Positions 1 to 10,426 of a stretch of DNA of 64,000 nt are shown in pieces (the first letter of the stretch is position 1; each line of letters begins with the position of its first letter). The position numbers and the translations under genes are program-made. The notes beneath the pieces are model-generated. The model was not told where the DNA came from. It made no database searches and saw only the letters and a program-made list of their open reading frames with translations. The stretch comes from Flavobacteriaceae bacterium (GTDB taxonomy: Bacteria > Bacteroidota > Bacteroidia > Flavobacteriales > Flavobacteriaceae), in contig CANHWG010000001.1 in the NCBI GenBank assembly GCA_947464335.1, forward strand, positions 24,835 through 88,834. The letters are read 5' to 3'.

Positions 1-352
1 TTCGATTAAAGTATTTGAACTTTTAGAAAAGGACACTGAATTAAGAGACAAACTCGAATGGAATACCAATTATTTTAAAAAGGGATTACGAGAAGCAGGG
101 ATTGATTTTATTGATGGAGATTCTGCAATCGTTCCGGTAATGTTGTATGATGCAAAATTATCGCAAGTCATGGCTGAGGAGTTGCTAAAAAAAGGAATTT
201 ATGTAATTGGATTTTTTTTCCCGGTTGTGCCAAGAGATAAGGCTAGAATTCGAGTTCAATTATCAGCAGCACATACAAAGGAGCATTTGGATAAAGCAAT
301 AAAATCATTTATTGAGGTCGGAATAATGTTAAATATTCATAATAAACAGTGA
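1..352 (+). CDS. kbl: Glycine C-acetyltransferase (2-amino-3-ketobutyrate CoA ligase), 3' part; truncated by window start
   Basis: Frame is open from base 2 (SIKVFELLEKDTELRDKL...SAIVPVMLYDA); C-terminal motif GIYVIGFFFPVVPRDKARIRVQLSAAH is typical of Kbl/AONS PLP enzymes. Confidence 0.85.
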   Translation, partial: SIKVFELLEKDTELRDKLEWNTNYFKKGLREAGIDFIDGDSAIVPVMLYDAKLSQVMAEELLKKGIYVIGFFFPVVPRDKARIRVQLSAAHTKEHLDKAIKSFIEVGIMLNIHNKQ

Positions 353-475
353 TTTTACTATAATACTTCATAGTTCTACATATAATTCACATATTTTAAC
401 ATTTTGATTTTGATATTATAATTTAAGGTATTACTTTTGTCCCATTATAATTATTATAATCTAATCTAATCAAGT

Positions 476-1870
476 ATGAAACATCTTAACAAATTATTCG
501 TTGCTTTGGTAATGTTGGCTGCATTCAGCTCGCAAGCTCAAGACAGTAACAATCCTTGGGCGATATCGTTTGGGGCAAATGCAGTAGACACAAGAGTAAG
601 TGCTGCTTCTAAATTAGAAGATCAATTTTCACAATTTTTTAATGCTAGAAGCAATTGGAATATTATTCCTTCTGTTTCTTTTGTAAACGTATCAAAATAC
701 GTTGGAAGTAATTTCTCTTTTGGAGTTACAGGATCGGTTAATAGAATTACAAGGTATGTTTTACCAAGAGTTGAAGACGGTCCTTATACTACTGTTAATA
801 TTGGAGACAAAAATTATTACGCTGTTGACGGAGTTATTAATTACAGTTTAATGAGTTTAATTAAATCTAAAAAAATTGATCCTTCTATCCACATAGGTGG
901 TGGTTATACTTGGATAGGTGAAGATTTAAATGCCGGTACTTTAAACGGAGGTTTAGGGTTAACGTATTGGTTTACTGAAATGGTAGGTTTATCTTGGCGT
1001 TCTACCTACAAACAATCTTTCGAAGATGTTCGTGAAGATATGCCATCGCACATGCAGCATTTTGCTGGTCTTACTTTCAAATTTGGCGGAAAAGATACAG
1101 ATGGCGACGGAATATATGACAAAGATGATGCTTGTCCAGATTTAGCAGGTTTAAAACAATTTAACGGTTGTCCTGATACTGATGCTGACGGAATTGCTGA
1201 TAAAGATGATGCATGTCCAGAAGTTGCTGGTCCTGCTGAATTTAATGGTTGTCCTGATACTGACGGTGATGGTATTGCTGATAAAGATGATGCATGTCCA
1301 GAAGTAGCAGGTTTAAAAACATTAGGTGGTTGTCCAGACGCTGATGGTGATGGAATTACAGATAAATCAGATAAATGTCCAGATGTTAAAGGGCCAAAAG
1401 AAAATGGTGGATGTCCTTTCCCAGATAGAGATGGAGATAAGGTTTTAGATAAAGATGACAAATGTCCAGATGTTGCAGGAACTGTTGCTAATAATGGTTG
1501 CCCAGAAGTATCTGATGAAGTTGTAAAAAGACTGAATGATTATGCAAAAACAATTTTATTTGATTCTGCAAAAGCTTCATTCCAACAACAAACATACCCA
1601 GTATTACAAGCAATTCTTGCTATTTTAAAAGAGTATCCAAATTCTAAGTTTTCTCTAGAAGGTCACACGGATAGCGATGGTAAAGATGCTGCAAATCAAA
1701 AATTATCAGAAGATAGAGCTGCCGCTGTTAAAGGTTATTTAATAGAAAATGGTATTGATGCATCAAGATTGTCTTCGGCTGGTTTCGGAGAATCTATGCC
1801 AATAGATTCAAACAAAACTAAAGCAGGTAAAGCTAACAATAGAAGAGTTGAAGTTAAATTAGTTAAATAA
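476..1870 (+). CDS. OmpA-family outer membrane protein with thrombospondin type-3 (DxDxDG) Ca-binding repeats
   Basis: Signal peptide, N-terminal beta-barrel-like region, repeated [15 protein letters not shown] units, C-terminal OmpA domain (GHTDSDG...LSEDRA...NRRVEV). Confidence 0.9.
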   Translation: MKHLNKLFVALVMLAAFSSQAQDSNNPWAISFGANAVDTRVSAASKLEDQFSQFFNARSNWNIIPSVSFVNVSKYVGSNFSFGVTGSVNRITRYVLPRVEDGPYTTVNIGDKNYYAVDGVINYSLMSLIKSKKIDPSIHIGGGYTWIGEDLNAGTLNGGLGLTYWFTEMVGLSWRSTYKQSFEDVREDMPSHMQHFAGLTFKFGGKDTDGDGIYDKDDACPDLAGLKQFNGCPDTDADGIADKDDACPEVAGPAEFNGCPDTDGDGIADKDDACPEVAGLKTLGGCPDADGDGITDKSDKCPDVKGPKENGGCPFPDRDGDKVLDKDDKCPDVAGTVANNGCPEVSDEVVKRLNDYAKTILFDSAKASFQQQTYPVLQAILAILKEYPNSKFSLEGHTDSDGKDAANQKLSEDRAAAVKGYLIENGIDASRLSSAGFGESMPIDSNKTKAGKANNRRVEVKLVK

Positions 1871-1892
1871 TTTAAATTAAAATATTTTCAAT

Positions 1893-1922
1893 AAAACGCT
1901 CCGATTATCGGAGCGTTTTTTT
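1893..1922 (+). terminator. Intrinsic terminator after the OmpA-family gene
   Basis: aaaacgctccga-tta-tcggagcgtttt hairpin followed by T tract. Confidence 0.8.
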
Positions 1923-1933
1923 ATTTTTATAAA

Positions 1934-4693
1934 ATGTCACAAACATTTCTTAATAAACTAGCTCAAGAAATTTTAAAAATATATTCTGATAACTTATTAG
2001 AGTTAACCATAGTATTACCCAACAAAAGAGCTAAAGTATTTTTAATAAATGAACTAAAATCATTAGTTTCAAATACTATTTTTGCACCCGAAATTGTAAG
2101 TATAGAAGATTTTATTCAAGATATAGCAGGAATTCGATCTATTGACAACATTGAACTTTTATTTGAATTTTATGAAGTCTATCTTTCTGAAACCGAAAAT
2201 GACAAACAAGAATCATTTGAAAATTTTGCCAATTGGGCCAAAATACTACTTCAGGATTTTAATGAAATCGATAGGTACTTATTAGTACCCGATACTATTC
2301 TGAAATATCTTGAAAACATTAAAGAAATTGAGCATTGGGCAGTTAATATAGATAAAAGAACGGATCTGATAGAAAAGCATTTGCTGTTTTGGAAAAAACT
2401 GCCAGTTTTTTATCATTCTTTTTATCAATATTTGTTAAATAAAGGTATAGGTTATCAAGGATTAATTTATAGAGAAGCAGTTGAAAATCTGAACCACTTT
2501 TCTGAAAGCAATAGCGCAAAGCACTATATTTTTGCTGGTTTCAACGCGCTTAATAAAGCTGAAGAAAACATAGTTCAACATCTTTTAGCTTCAGGAAATG
2601 CTAAAATTTACTGGGATATTGATGAAACCTTATTACAGGATAGTTTTCATGATGCAGGATTATTTCAGCGGCGATTCAAATCACAGTGGATTTATTATAA
2701 AACACATCCCTATGAATGGATAGTAAACGATTTTAAAGAAGAAAAAAGCATACAAATTATCGCCACTTCAAAATCGATTGGACAAGCAAAAATAGCAGGC
2801 AGTATTATTGATAAACATTGTAAGTTAGGCAAATCAAACCTTCAAAATGTTGCTCTTGTTCTAGGGGAAGAAAATCTATTGCAACCTATTCTACATTCAT
2901 TACCTAGTAGTGTCAATGCATTAAATATCACTATGGGTTTTTCAAGCAAAAACAACCCAGCGCAACTACTAATTGCAAAGCTTTTTAAAATGCATTCGAA
3001 TGCTTTGTCTCGTAATGCCACAAATTATGTCCTGTATTACAAAGATGTATTAGATATTTTGACGCATCCACTTATTGAACCCTTTGTTAATGCAACTGAT
3101 TTGATTAATCGAATTAATAAATACAATTATACGTTTATTAGCCATAATAAAATAGATCAGATACATCCAAATGGTAATGAATTGTTTTCTATTTTATTTA
3201 AAAAATGGGATACTTCTTCCGTTAATGTTCTTGAAAATTTATCCCAAATTCTTCTTAAAATCAAAGCTAATTTAACTAATGATGTAGAAGAAGAAAAAAT
3301 TGCTAATGCCTTTGTGTATTCTATTTTTAAAGTCATTAACAAAATGATTTCCTATTTTTCAGAGCATCCTTCTATAAATGATTTGAAAACCTTATATGCT
3401 ATTTATAAGCAAGTTATTGATGTAGCAGAAGTTTCTTTTGAAGGTGAACCTTTGAACGGATTGCAAATAATGGGAGTTTTAGAAAGTCGTGTGCTCGATT
3501 TTGAAACTGTAATCATAACATCGGTTAATGAAGGTAAATTTCCAGCTGGAAAAAATACTAATTCATTTATTCCTTATGATGTAAAAAAGGAATATGGCTT
3601 GCCAACATTCAAAGAAAAAGATGCCATTTACACCTATCATTTCTATCATTTGCTCCAACGAGCCAAGAATATTTATTTGATTTATAATTCCGATAGCGAA
3701 GGATTTGATGCTGGAGAAAAAAGTCGTTTTATTACCCAACTAGAAGTAGAAAAACAACCCAATCACAACCTTTCTTTTCATTATTATCATCCTGAGGTAC
3801 CCAATATTGCACATCAACCGATAGTTGTTCCAAAAACTGAAAACGTAATGACTCGATTGCGAGAAATTGCCTCAACCGGATTTTCACCTTCCTCACTAAC
3901 TACTTATATTCGAAATCCTATTCAGTTTTATTTTCAGCGAATATTACGCATTAAAGAAACCGATGAAGTAGAAGAAAATATTGCAGTAAATACACTTGGA
4001 ACTATTATTCATGGAGCTTTAGAAGAGTTGTACAAACCTTTTATTGGTAGATTGCTAACCGTTATTGATATTAAAAATTCTCAAGCAAAAATAGATTTAG
4101 AAGTCTTTAATCAATTTAAGAAAGTTTATAAAGAAGGAGAAATCAATAAAGGAAAGAATCTGTTAGCATTTGAAGTTGCTAAACGCAACATCCAAAATTT
4201 TTTAAAATTAGAATTGGAAGCAATAGAAAACGGGGATGAAATTCAAATAATAGCTTTAGAGGAAAAATTAGAACGTATTTTAGAACATCCAAGTTTGCCT
4301 TTTCCTGTAAAAATTGCGGGTAATGTAGATCGAATCGAACTGCGAAACGGCAAGATTAGAATCGTAGATTATAAAACCGGAAAAGTAGAACAAAGAGATG
4401 TGGCTTTAAAACAATGGAACGGATTAACGAATGATATTAAAAACGAAAAAATAATTCAGGTTTTGGCATACGCATTCATGTATGAAGAACAATCCAATAG
4501 TCGTGAAGTTGAAGCAGGAATACTATCGTTTAAAAATTTAAAGTCGGGATTTTTACCATTTCAAATTAAGCTAGAAGGTGAGATTATAGATACGGTTTCT
4601 AAAGAAATAATGGATAATTATTTAAATCAGATTGTCGTTTTACTTCAAGACATTCTAAATATCGACATTCCTTTTGAAGAAAAATTAGTATAA
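1934..4693 (+). CDS. PD-(D/E)XK nuclease family protein, AddB/RexB-like
   Basis: 919 aa; inactivated helicase-like N-terminal part (LPNKRA, GLQIMGVLESR), FSPSSL and C-terminal GNVDRIE...IVDYKTG nuclease motif. Confidence 0.8.
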   Translation: MSQTFLNKLAQEILKIYSDNLLELTIVLPNKRAKVFLINELKSLVSNTIFAPEIVSIEDFIQDIAGIRSIDNIELLFEFYEVYLSETENDKQESFENFANWAKILLQDFNEIDRYLLVPDTILKYLENIKEIEHWAVNIDKRTDLIEKHLLFWKKLPVFYHSFYQYLLNKGIGYQGLIYREAVENLNHFSESNSAKHYIFAGFNALNKAEENIVQHLLASGNAKIYWDIDETLLQDSFHDAGLFQRRFKSQWIYYKTHPYEWIVNDFKEEKSIQIIATSKSIGQAKIAGSIIDKHCKLGKSNLQNVALVLGEENLLQPILHSLPSSVNALNITMGFSSKNNPAQLLIAKLFKMHSNALSRNATNYVLYYKDVLDILTHPLIEPFVNATDLINRINKYNYTFISHNKIDQIHPNGNELFSILFKKWDTSSVNVLENLSQILLKIKANLTNDVEEEKIANAFVYSIFKVINKMISYFSEHPSINDLKTLYAIYKQVIDVAEVSFEGEPLNGLQIMGVLESRVLDFETVIITSVNEGKFPAGKNTNSFIPYDVKKEYGLPTFKEKDAIYTYHFYHLLQRAKNIYLIYNSDSEGFDAGEKSRFITQLEVEKQPNHNLSFHYYHPEVPNIAHQPIVVPKTENVMTRLREIASTGFSPSSLTTYIRNPIQFYFQRILRIKETDEVEENIAVNTLGTIIHGALEELYKPFIGRLLTVIDIKNSQAKIDLEVFNQFKKVYKEGEINKGKNLLAFEVAKRNIQNFLKLELEAIENGDEIQIIALEEKLERILEHPSLPFPVKIAGNVDRIELRNGKIRIVDYKTGKVEQRDVALKQWNGLTNDIKNEKIIQVLAYAFMYEEQSNSREVEAGILSFKNLKSGFLPFQIKLEGEIIDTVSKEIMDNYLNQIVVLLQDILNIDIPFEEKLV

Positions 4694-4709
4694 ATTATTC
4701 TTCGAAGTA

Positions 4710-5492
4710 TTATACCTTTTTCAAAAAAGCAATCAAAATTTTCTTTAATTCGGTTTCATTTTCGATATGTGACATGTGACCGTCAGGAAATGTTTTTAAT
4801 GCTACTTTAGTACCTTCAATTTGCTCGATGGTTTCTTCATAGATCAAAACTCCATCCTTTTTACCCAAAACCAACTCAATAGGATAAGGTGCAAAATGTA
4901 ACAACACTTCTCTATCTTTTCTTATTTTCATGCCTTCGAGCGCTGCAACAATTCCTTGTAACGGAGTTTTTAGAGCTTCAAGTTTAACTTTTTCTATTTC
5001 TGTTTCCAGTTTTTCGCGATTATCTTCGCTAAATAAATTCGAAATAGAAAGCCGCACAAAATTGGTATAGTTTTGTTTCACAGCTAGGATAGCTCGATCC
5101 CGGTTAACTTTTCGGTCATCACTATCAGCGCGTGCAGTAGAATTTAACAGAAACAATCCTTTGACATAATCTGGATATAATTCGGCGAAAGCCAACCCAA
5201 CATAGCCGCCCATAGAATGACCTACAAGAACTACTTTTCTGAGGCGCAAATAAACCAAAATAGCATAAATCATATCGGCTTGGTCTTCCATTGCATGAAC
5301 ATAACCAAGGCATTCGGTTTCACCGTGACCCAATAAATCAATAGTAATTACACGATGGTTTTTAGCCAAAACCGAGATATATTTATCCCACATGGTTTTG
5401 TTTTCTAAAAAACCGTGCAATAAAACCACAGCTGTGCCTTTACCGTCGTCGGTAAAAGAGATTTTGGTGTTTTTATAAGTGATGGTTTTCAT
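4710..5492 (-). CDS. Alpha/beta fold hydrolase
   Basis: LLHGF, DLLGHG, GHSMGG nucleophile elbow, C-terminal GHMSH. Confidence 0.85.
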   Translation of the reverse strand: MKTITYKNTKISFTDDGKGTAVVLLHGFLENKTMWDKYISVLAKNHRVITIDLLGHGETECLGYVHAMEDQADMIYAILVYLRLRKVVLVGHSMGGYVGLAFAELYPDYVKGLFLLNSTARADSDDRKVNRDRAILAVKQNYTNFVRLSISNLFSEDNREKLETEIEKVKLEALKTPLQGIVAALEGMKIRKDREVLLHFAPYPIELVLGKKDGVLIYEETIEQIEGTKVALKTFPDGHMSHIENETELKKILIAFLKKV

Positions 5493-5555
5493 ATTTAAAA
5501 ATAGATTTTAACCACGAATGCACGAATTATTTTACCGTTTTCTTTCTGTAATCTT

Positions 5556-5627
5556 TGTCATTTCGAACGTTGAGAGAAATCACATTATAATCATATAGTA
5601 TTTGATTCCTCGTACCTCGGAAAGACA
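5556..5627. repeat. REP-like palindromic intergenic element
   Basis: tgtcatttcga...gagaaatc ... gattcctcgtacctcggaaagaca; imperfect terminal inverted repeats tgtcatttcga / tcggaaagaca. Confidence 0.5.
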
Positions 5628-5715
5628 AGTTTGTGTTCAAACAAGTTTAACACAATGAAAAACGTGCCACTTCTGTGAGCCGTCTATTATTTATCATCTA
5701 TTTTCTTTCCTCTAA

Positions 5716-7008
5716 CTAAGAATTCATTATACTCTCAATCTCTTCAACCTCAATCGGAATATTTCTCATCAGGTTGAATGGTGCTCCTTTTTCTTGAATC
5801 ACTACATCGTCTTCAATTCGGATTCCGAAACCTTCAGCTGGAATGTAAATACCGGGTTCTACCGTAAAGACCATATTGGCTTGCATTGGCTCATGTAAAA
5901 GTCCATAATCGTGCGTATCCAATCCTAAATGATGGGAAGTGCCGTGCATGAAATATTTTTTATAAGCAGGCCAATCCGGATTTTCGTTTTGCACATCGGC
6001 TTTGTCAAGTAATCCCAAACCAAGCAATTCGGATGTCATGATTTTGCCAACTTCAACATGATATTGTTTCCATAAATTACCAACGGTAAGCATTTTGGTT
6101 GCTTCGTTTTTTACGCGTAAAACAGCGTTGTACACTTCTTTTTGTCTTGCTGTAAAACGGCCAGAGACAGGAACCATACGCGTCATATCACTAGAATAGT
6201 TGGCGTATTCAGCACCAACATCTAGCAAAATTAAGTCGCCTGCGTTACATTGTTGGTTGTTTTCGATATAGTGTAAAACATTGGCATTATTTCCAGAGGC
6301 AATGATTGGTGTGTAGGCGAATCCTTTAGAACGATTTCGTAGAAATTCATGAGCAAATTCAGCTTCGATTTCATATTCCATTACGTGTGGTTTAACGAAT
6401 TGCAATACTCTACGATATCCTTTTTCGGTAATGTTACATGCTTGCTGAATTAATTCTATTTCCTCACTTTCTTTGACGGAACGTAATCTTTGTAAGATTG
6501 GATTGGATTTTTCTACTTTATGCGCCGGATAGTTTTCCTTCCACCATTTTACAAAACGCGCTTCACGAGTTTCGGTTTCTATTGACGCACGATAATGTTC
6601 GTTAGTATTGATATACATCGTATCTGCATAAGCCATTACTTCTTTCAAGGTTTTATGAAAATCTTGCAACCAAATTACCGATTTGATTCCGGCTACTTCA
6701 AAAGCTCTGTCTTTGGTGAGTTTTTCACCTTCCCAAATAGCAATATGTTCGTTAGTTTCTTTAAGAAATAAAACTTCTTTTAAATGCTCATAAGGTGCAT
6801 CTGGAAATAATAACAAAATACTTTCTTCTTGGTCTACACCAGACAAGTAAAATAGGTCACGATGTTGTGCGAAAGGCAAAGAACTATCCGCTGAAACAGG
6901 ATAAATATCATTAGAATTAAAAACGGCAACACTGTTTGGCTTCATTTGAGCAATAAATTTAGCTCTGTTTTTAATGAATAATTGGCGGTCTATTTGATGG
7001 TATTTCAT
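5716..7008 (-). CDS. Xaa-Pro aminopeptidase (aminopeptidase P, M24B)
   Basis: AMP_N domain, DVGAEYANYSSDMTR, HGTSHHLGLDTHD, TVEPGIY, GIRIEDDV motifs. Confidence 0.9.
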   Translation of the reverse strand: MKYHQIDRQLFIKNRAKFIAQMKPNSVAVFNSNDIYPVSADSSLPFAQHRDLFYLSGVDQEESILLLFPDAPYEHLKEVLFLKETNEHIAIWEGEKLTKDRAFEVAGIKSVIWLQDFHKTLKEVMAYADTMYINTNEHYRASIETETREARFVKWWKENYPAHKVEKSNPILQRLRSVKESEEIELIQQACNITEKGYRRVLQFVKPHVMEYEIEAEFAHEFLRNRSKGFAYTPIIASGNNANVLHYIENNQQCNAGDLILLDVGAEYANYSSDMTRMVPVSGRFTARQKEVYNAVLRVKNEATKMLTVGNLWKQYHVEVGKIMTSELLGLGLLDKADVQNENPDWPAYKKYFMHGTSHHLGLDTHDYGLLHEPMQANMVFTVEPGIYIPAEGFGIRIEDDVVIQEKGAPFNLMRNIPIEVEEIESIMNS

Positions 7009-7104
7009 GATTAGAATTTTAGACTTCTTAGATAGTTAGATTATTAAATATAATGTTTTACCAAAATTACGGATTACTTCAAACCAGTACGTAGCCATTT
7101 GGCT

Positions 7105-7701
7105 TTATTTTATATTTTTTCGGATGCGGCTCATATGTCGGGTAGAAATTCCGAGGAAGGAAGCGAGGTAATGCAACGGTACTTCCTGTAATAGTTTTGG
7201 TTCGGTTTGAAGCAGCTTCGTATAGCGTTCTTCCGGAGTAAGTGTAAGTAAGTCGATGCGGTAATCATCAATGAGGATAATTTGTTTTTCAATAAGATTA
7301 TAATAAAACTGTCGGAAAGCTTCGTTATTTGCAAGTAAATCTTTAAATCCTTCTAAATCGATTACCCAGAGTTGGCAATCGACCAAAGCTTTGATACTTT
7401 TTCGTGACGGAACCTTATTCAGAAAACTATTCAATGAGGAAGTAACCGAATTTCGTAAGGCCAAATAGGTTGTTTTCTCATCATCATCCACCAAAATAGC
7501 GTGTTGTAAAATACCACTTTCGATAAATCCAAAGTAAGGGCACACTTGGTTTTCCACTACCAGCAACTGATTTTTTTTTAAGTTTAAAACGTTGAATTTA
7601 GCAATAATTTGCAGGAAATCTTGTTCCAAATAAGTAACATTGCCTTCAACATACTGATGCAAATACTTTGAAAAAATTGAGCTGTTGTTTTGATTTTTCA
7701 T
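7105..7701 (-). CDS. Crp/Fnr family transcriptional regulator
   Basis: cNMP-binding domain plus LTPEERY...VPLHYLASFLGISTRHMSRIR HTH typical of Bacteroidota Crp proteins; ATG start chosen over upstream GTG at 7713. Confidence 0.85.
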   Translation of the reverse strand: MKNQNNSSIFSKYLHQYVEGNVTYLEQDFLQIIAKFNVLNLKKNQLLVVENQVCPYFGFIESGILQHAILVDDDEKTTYLALRNSVTSSLNSFLNKVPSRKSIKALVDCQLWVIDLEGFKDLLANNEAFRQFYYNLIEKQIILIDDYRIDLLTLTPEERYTKLLQTEPKLLQEVPLHYLASFLGISTRHMSRIRKNIK

Positions 7702-7785
7702 GATACTAACCACAAAAATATTCTTTTTCAGTGATATTTTTTTATTCAGCGATTAATGAATAATTTTAAGCAAAATTATCTGTGT

Positions 7786-8637
7786 ATGAAAAAGGGTCTA
7801 TTACTTCTCGCTTTTATAATTGGTTTTGGGGTTGCAGCTCAAGAAAAGAAAGCCTATCAGTTCTATGATAAGAAGGGCAAAAAAACAGATTACGGACAAT
7901 TGCTCAAAGCGGCGCGAACTGCTCAAGTTGTATTGTTTGGCGAATACCATAACAATGCCATTTCACATTGGCTGCAACTAGAACTGACTAAAGATATGGC
8001 CGAAAAGAAAGCGGTAATTCTTGGTGCGGAAATGATTGAAGCCGACAATCAAAAGCAATTAGATCAATATTTAAAGGATGAAATCAATCAAAAACAGTTC
8101 GATACAACCGCTAGACTTTGGCCCAATTATAAAACCGATTACAAGCCATTAGTCGATTTTGCTAAAGAGAATAAGCGGCCTTTTATTGCTACTAACATTC
8201 CAAGACGATATGCTTCAATTGTTTTCAAAAAAGGATTTGAAGGATTAGAAAATTTAACTTTAGAAGAAAAATCATGGATTGCTCCTTTACCTATTGCATA
8301 TGACGCTAATTTGCCAGGTTATGTCAATATGATGAAAATGATGGGCGATCACACAAGTCCCAATATGCCAAAAGCGCAAGCTATTAAAGATGCCACGATG
8401 GCTTATTTTATTTTAAAAAATCGAAATGAGAACGCTATTTTCATTCACTACAACGGAACTTACCATTCTGACAACTTTGAGGGCATTTATTGGTATCTAA
8501 AAAAAGCAGAGCCAAACCTAGAAATTATAACTATCGCCACTATCGAACAAAAAGAAATAAATAAAATAAATACAGAAGAGTATAATAAAGCAGACTATAT
8601 TCTCGTTATAGATGAAGATGTAACAAAAACACATTAA
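7786..8637 (+). CDS. ChaN-family (haem-uptake/Tiki superfamily) periplasmic protein
   Basis: Signal peptide from MKKGLL; VVLFGEYHN, LGAEM, QAIKDATMA, NGTYHS motifs. Confidence 0.8.
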   Translation: MKKGLLLLAFIIGFGVAAQEKKAYQFYDKKGKKTDYGQLLKAARTAQVVLFGEYHNNAISHWLQLELTKDMAEKKAVILGAEMIEADNQKQLDQYLKDEINQKQFDTTARLWPNYKTDYKPLVDFAKENKRPFIATNIPRRYASIVFKKGFEGLENLTLEEKSWIAPLPIAYDANLPGYVNMMKMMGDHTSPNMPKAQAIKDATMAYFILKNRNENAIFIHYNGTYHSDNFEGIYWYLKKAEPNLEIITIATIEQKEINKINTEEYNKADYILVIDEDVTKTH

Positions 8638-8711
8638 CAACGTCTTAACACCAGTCAATCCATCGGAAACAAATCCAATAGATAGGGAACGTCAAGAAAA
8701 ATCAAAATCAA

Positions 8712-9587
8712 ATGAAAAAGACCTATTTTACTTTACTGTTACTGTTAGCGATTATAGTTCCTTTCTTCTCTTGTAGTGAAGAGAAACCCGATGAACCCAT
8801 GCTTATTGTTAAGTTTCAATTTGACCCGAATCAGGCGAGATTAAATAATTTAGGGCAACCTGCCGCAATTGCTCCTGGTAATGCTGCTCAATCACCCATT
8901 TTTAATTCAATTGCCGCTCATTACCTAGAAATGGCTCCCAATGGCAACACCCAACTAGGCGCTGGTACTATTTTATATCATGCGCCAGAGACCAATATGG
9001 GAGGAGCGAATGCCATTGATTTTAGTAAGTCAAAAATTGTTGGTCAAGGAGAAACTTTTATCAAAATTCCGTTGAGTCAAGTAACCGCTGGAACTTATGA
9101 ATGGATGCGTGTTTCCTTATCATATCAAAACTATCAAATAAATATTCGAAATGCAGGAGTAGATTATGCCGGTACTTTAGCCAGTTTTGTTGGGTTTAAT
9201 ACCTATATAAATACCTTTACTATAGGGAATGCCATTTTTCCTGTAAACGAAAATAAAGCACAAGGATATTGGGCTTTTGCCCTAAATGACAACCCTTATT
9301 CGACATCAGGACAAGCACAAGCAGGAACAACTACTGTTCCGAACCCAATTGAAGCGACTTCTCCAATTCCACGAAACTTAAACTCCTGCGTTGTTACTGG
9401 AAAATTTGCTAATAATTTGGTTATTACTGGCAACGAAACCAAAGATATTGTAGTTACGCTTTCACTTTCTATCAATAATAGTTTTGAATGGCAAGAAATT
9501 ACAGCTGACGGAAAATACGAACCATCAATTGGCGAAAATGTTGTAGATATGGGATTACGTGGATTAGTTCCAACGTATGTAAAATAA
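8712..9587 (+). CDS. Hypothetical lipoprotein
   Basis: Lipobox FFSC, 291-aa ORF with normal codon usage; no family recognised. Confidence 0.65.
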   Translation: MKKTYFTLLLLLAIIVPFFSCSEEKPDEPMLIVKFQFDPNQARLNNLGQPAAIAPGNAAQSPIFNSIAAHYLEMAPNGNTQLGAGTILYHAPETNMGGANAIDFSKSKIVGQGETFIKIPLSQVTAGTYEWMRVSLSYQNYQINIRNAGVDYAGTLASFVGFNTYINTFTIGNAIFPVNENKAQGYWAFALNDNPYSTSGQAQAGTTTVPNPIEATSPIPRNLNSCVVTGKFANNLVITGNETKDIVVTLSLSINNSFEWQEITADGKYEPSIGENVVDMGLRGLVPTYVK

Positions 9588-9747
9588 TTTGTTTAACAAT
9601 TATTAAACAAAAAGGCCTTTTAAACTCTTATAAATCAACAACTGTTAAACCCATTTTAAATTCATTATAAATTACAACGAAAAGGTTGTAGTTAATTGCA
9701 AATAGCTGTATTTTTGTGTGATTTTTTTAAATAAATTATTCAATCGT

Positions 9748-10413
9748 ATGGCAAAATCTTCTATTTTGAGTTCGTCCATTGCAAAAAAAGTTGCCATGGC
9801 ACTTTCTGGACTTTTCTTAGTATCTTTTTTATCACTTCATTTTTTTATGAATTTAACTTCTGTTTTTAGCGCAGAAACTTTTAATGTTTGTTCTCATTTT
9901 ATGGGATACAATCCATTGATTCAGTTTGTGATGCAACCTATTTTAGTGGCAGGTGTAGTTTTTCATTTTGTAATGGGCTTTGTATTAGAAATTCAAAATA
10001 GAGCCGCTAGACCAATAGCCTATGCTAAAAATGACGGTGCAGCCAATTCTTCATGGGCATCAAGAAATATGATCATTTCGGGCTTAGTTGTTTTAGCATT
10101 TCTTGGATTGCACTTTTATGATTTCTGGTTTCCAGAAATGACCTACAAATACGTTAATGTAAATCCAATCGACGAAACAAGATATTTTACCGAATTGGTT
10201 CATAAATTCGAAAGCCCAGTTCGTACTGGTATTTATTGCGTTTCTTTTGTATTGTTATCATTACACTTATGGCACGGTTTCAACTCTTCTATGCAATCAG
10301 TAGGGTTTAATAATAAATTTTCTAAAGCACTTCATAAATTAGGATATGCATTTGCAATAATTATCCCATTTGGATTTATTTTTATTGCATTGTTTCATCA
10401 TTTTAATCATTAA
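9748..10413 (+). CDS. sdhC: Succinate dehydrogenase cytochrome b subunit
   Basis: 5-TM b558-type subunit: SSIAKKVAMALSG, ASRNMIISG, LHLWHGF; first gene of sdhCAB. Confidence 0.9.
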   Translation: MAKSSILSSSIAKKVAMALSGLFLVSFLSLHFFMNLTSVFSAETFNVCSHFMGYNPLIQFVMQPILVAGVVFHFVMGFVLEIQNRAARPIAYAKNDGAANSSWASRNMIISGLVVLAFLGLHFYDFWFPEMTYKYVNVNPIDETRYFTELVHKFESPVRTGIYCVSFVLLSLHLWHGFNSSMQSVGFNNKFSKALHKLGYAFAIIIPFGFIFIALFHHFNH

Positions 10414-10426
10414 TTTTAAGTAATAA

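Noticed and set aside
1090-1505. Repetitive DNA in the OmpA gene and antisense ORF 1006-1461
   Set aside because: Ordinary thrombospondin type-3 repeats; the antisense ORF is a shadow of the repetitive coding strand
1934-4693. PD-(D/E)XK nuclease as an anti-phage defence gene
   Set aside because: Architecture matches the housekeeping AddB-like recombination subunit in a core-gene context
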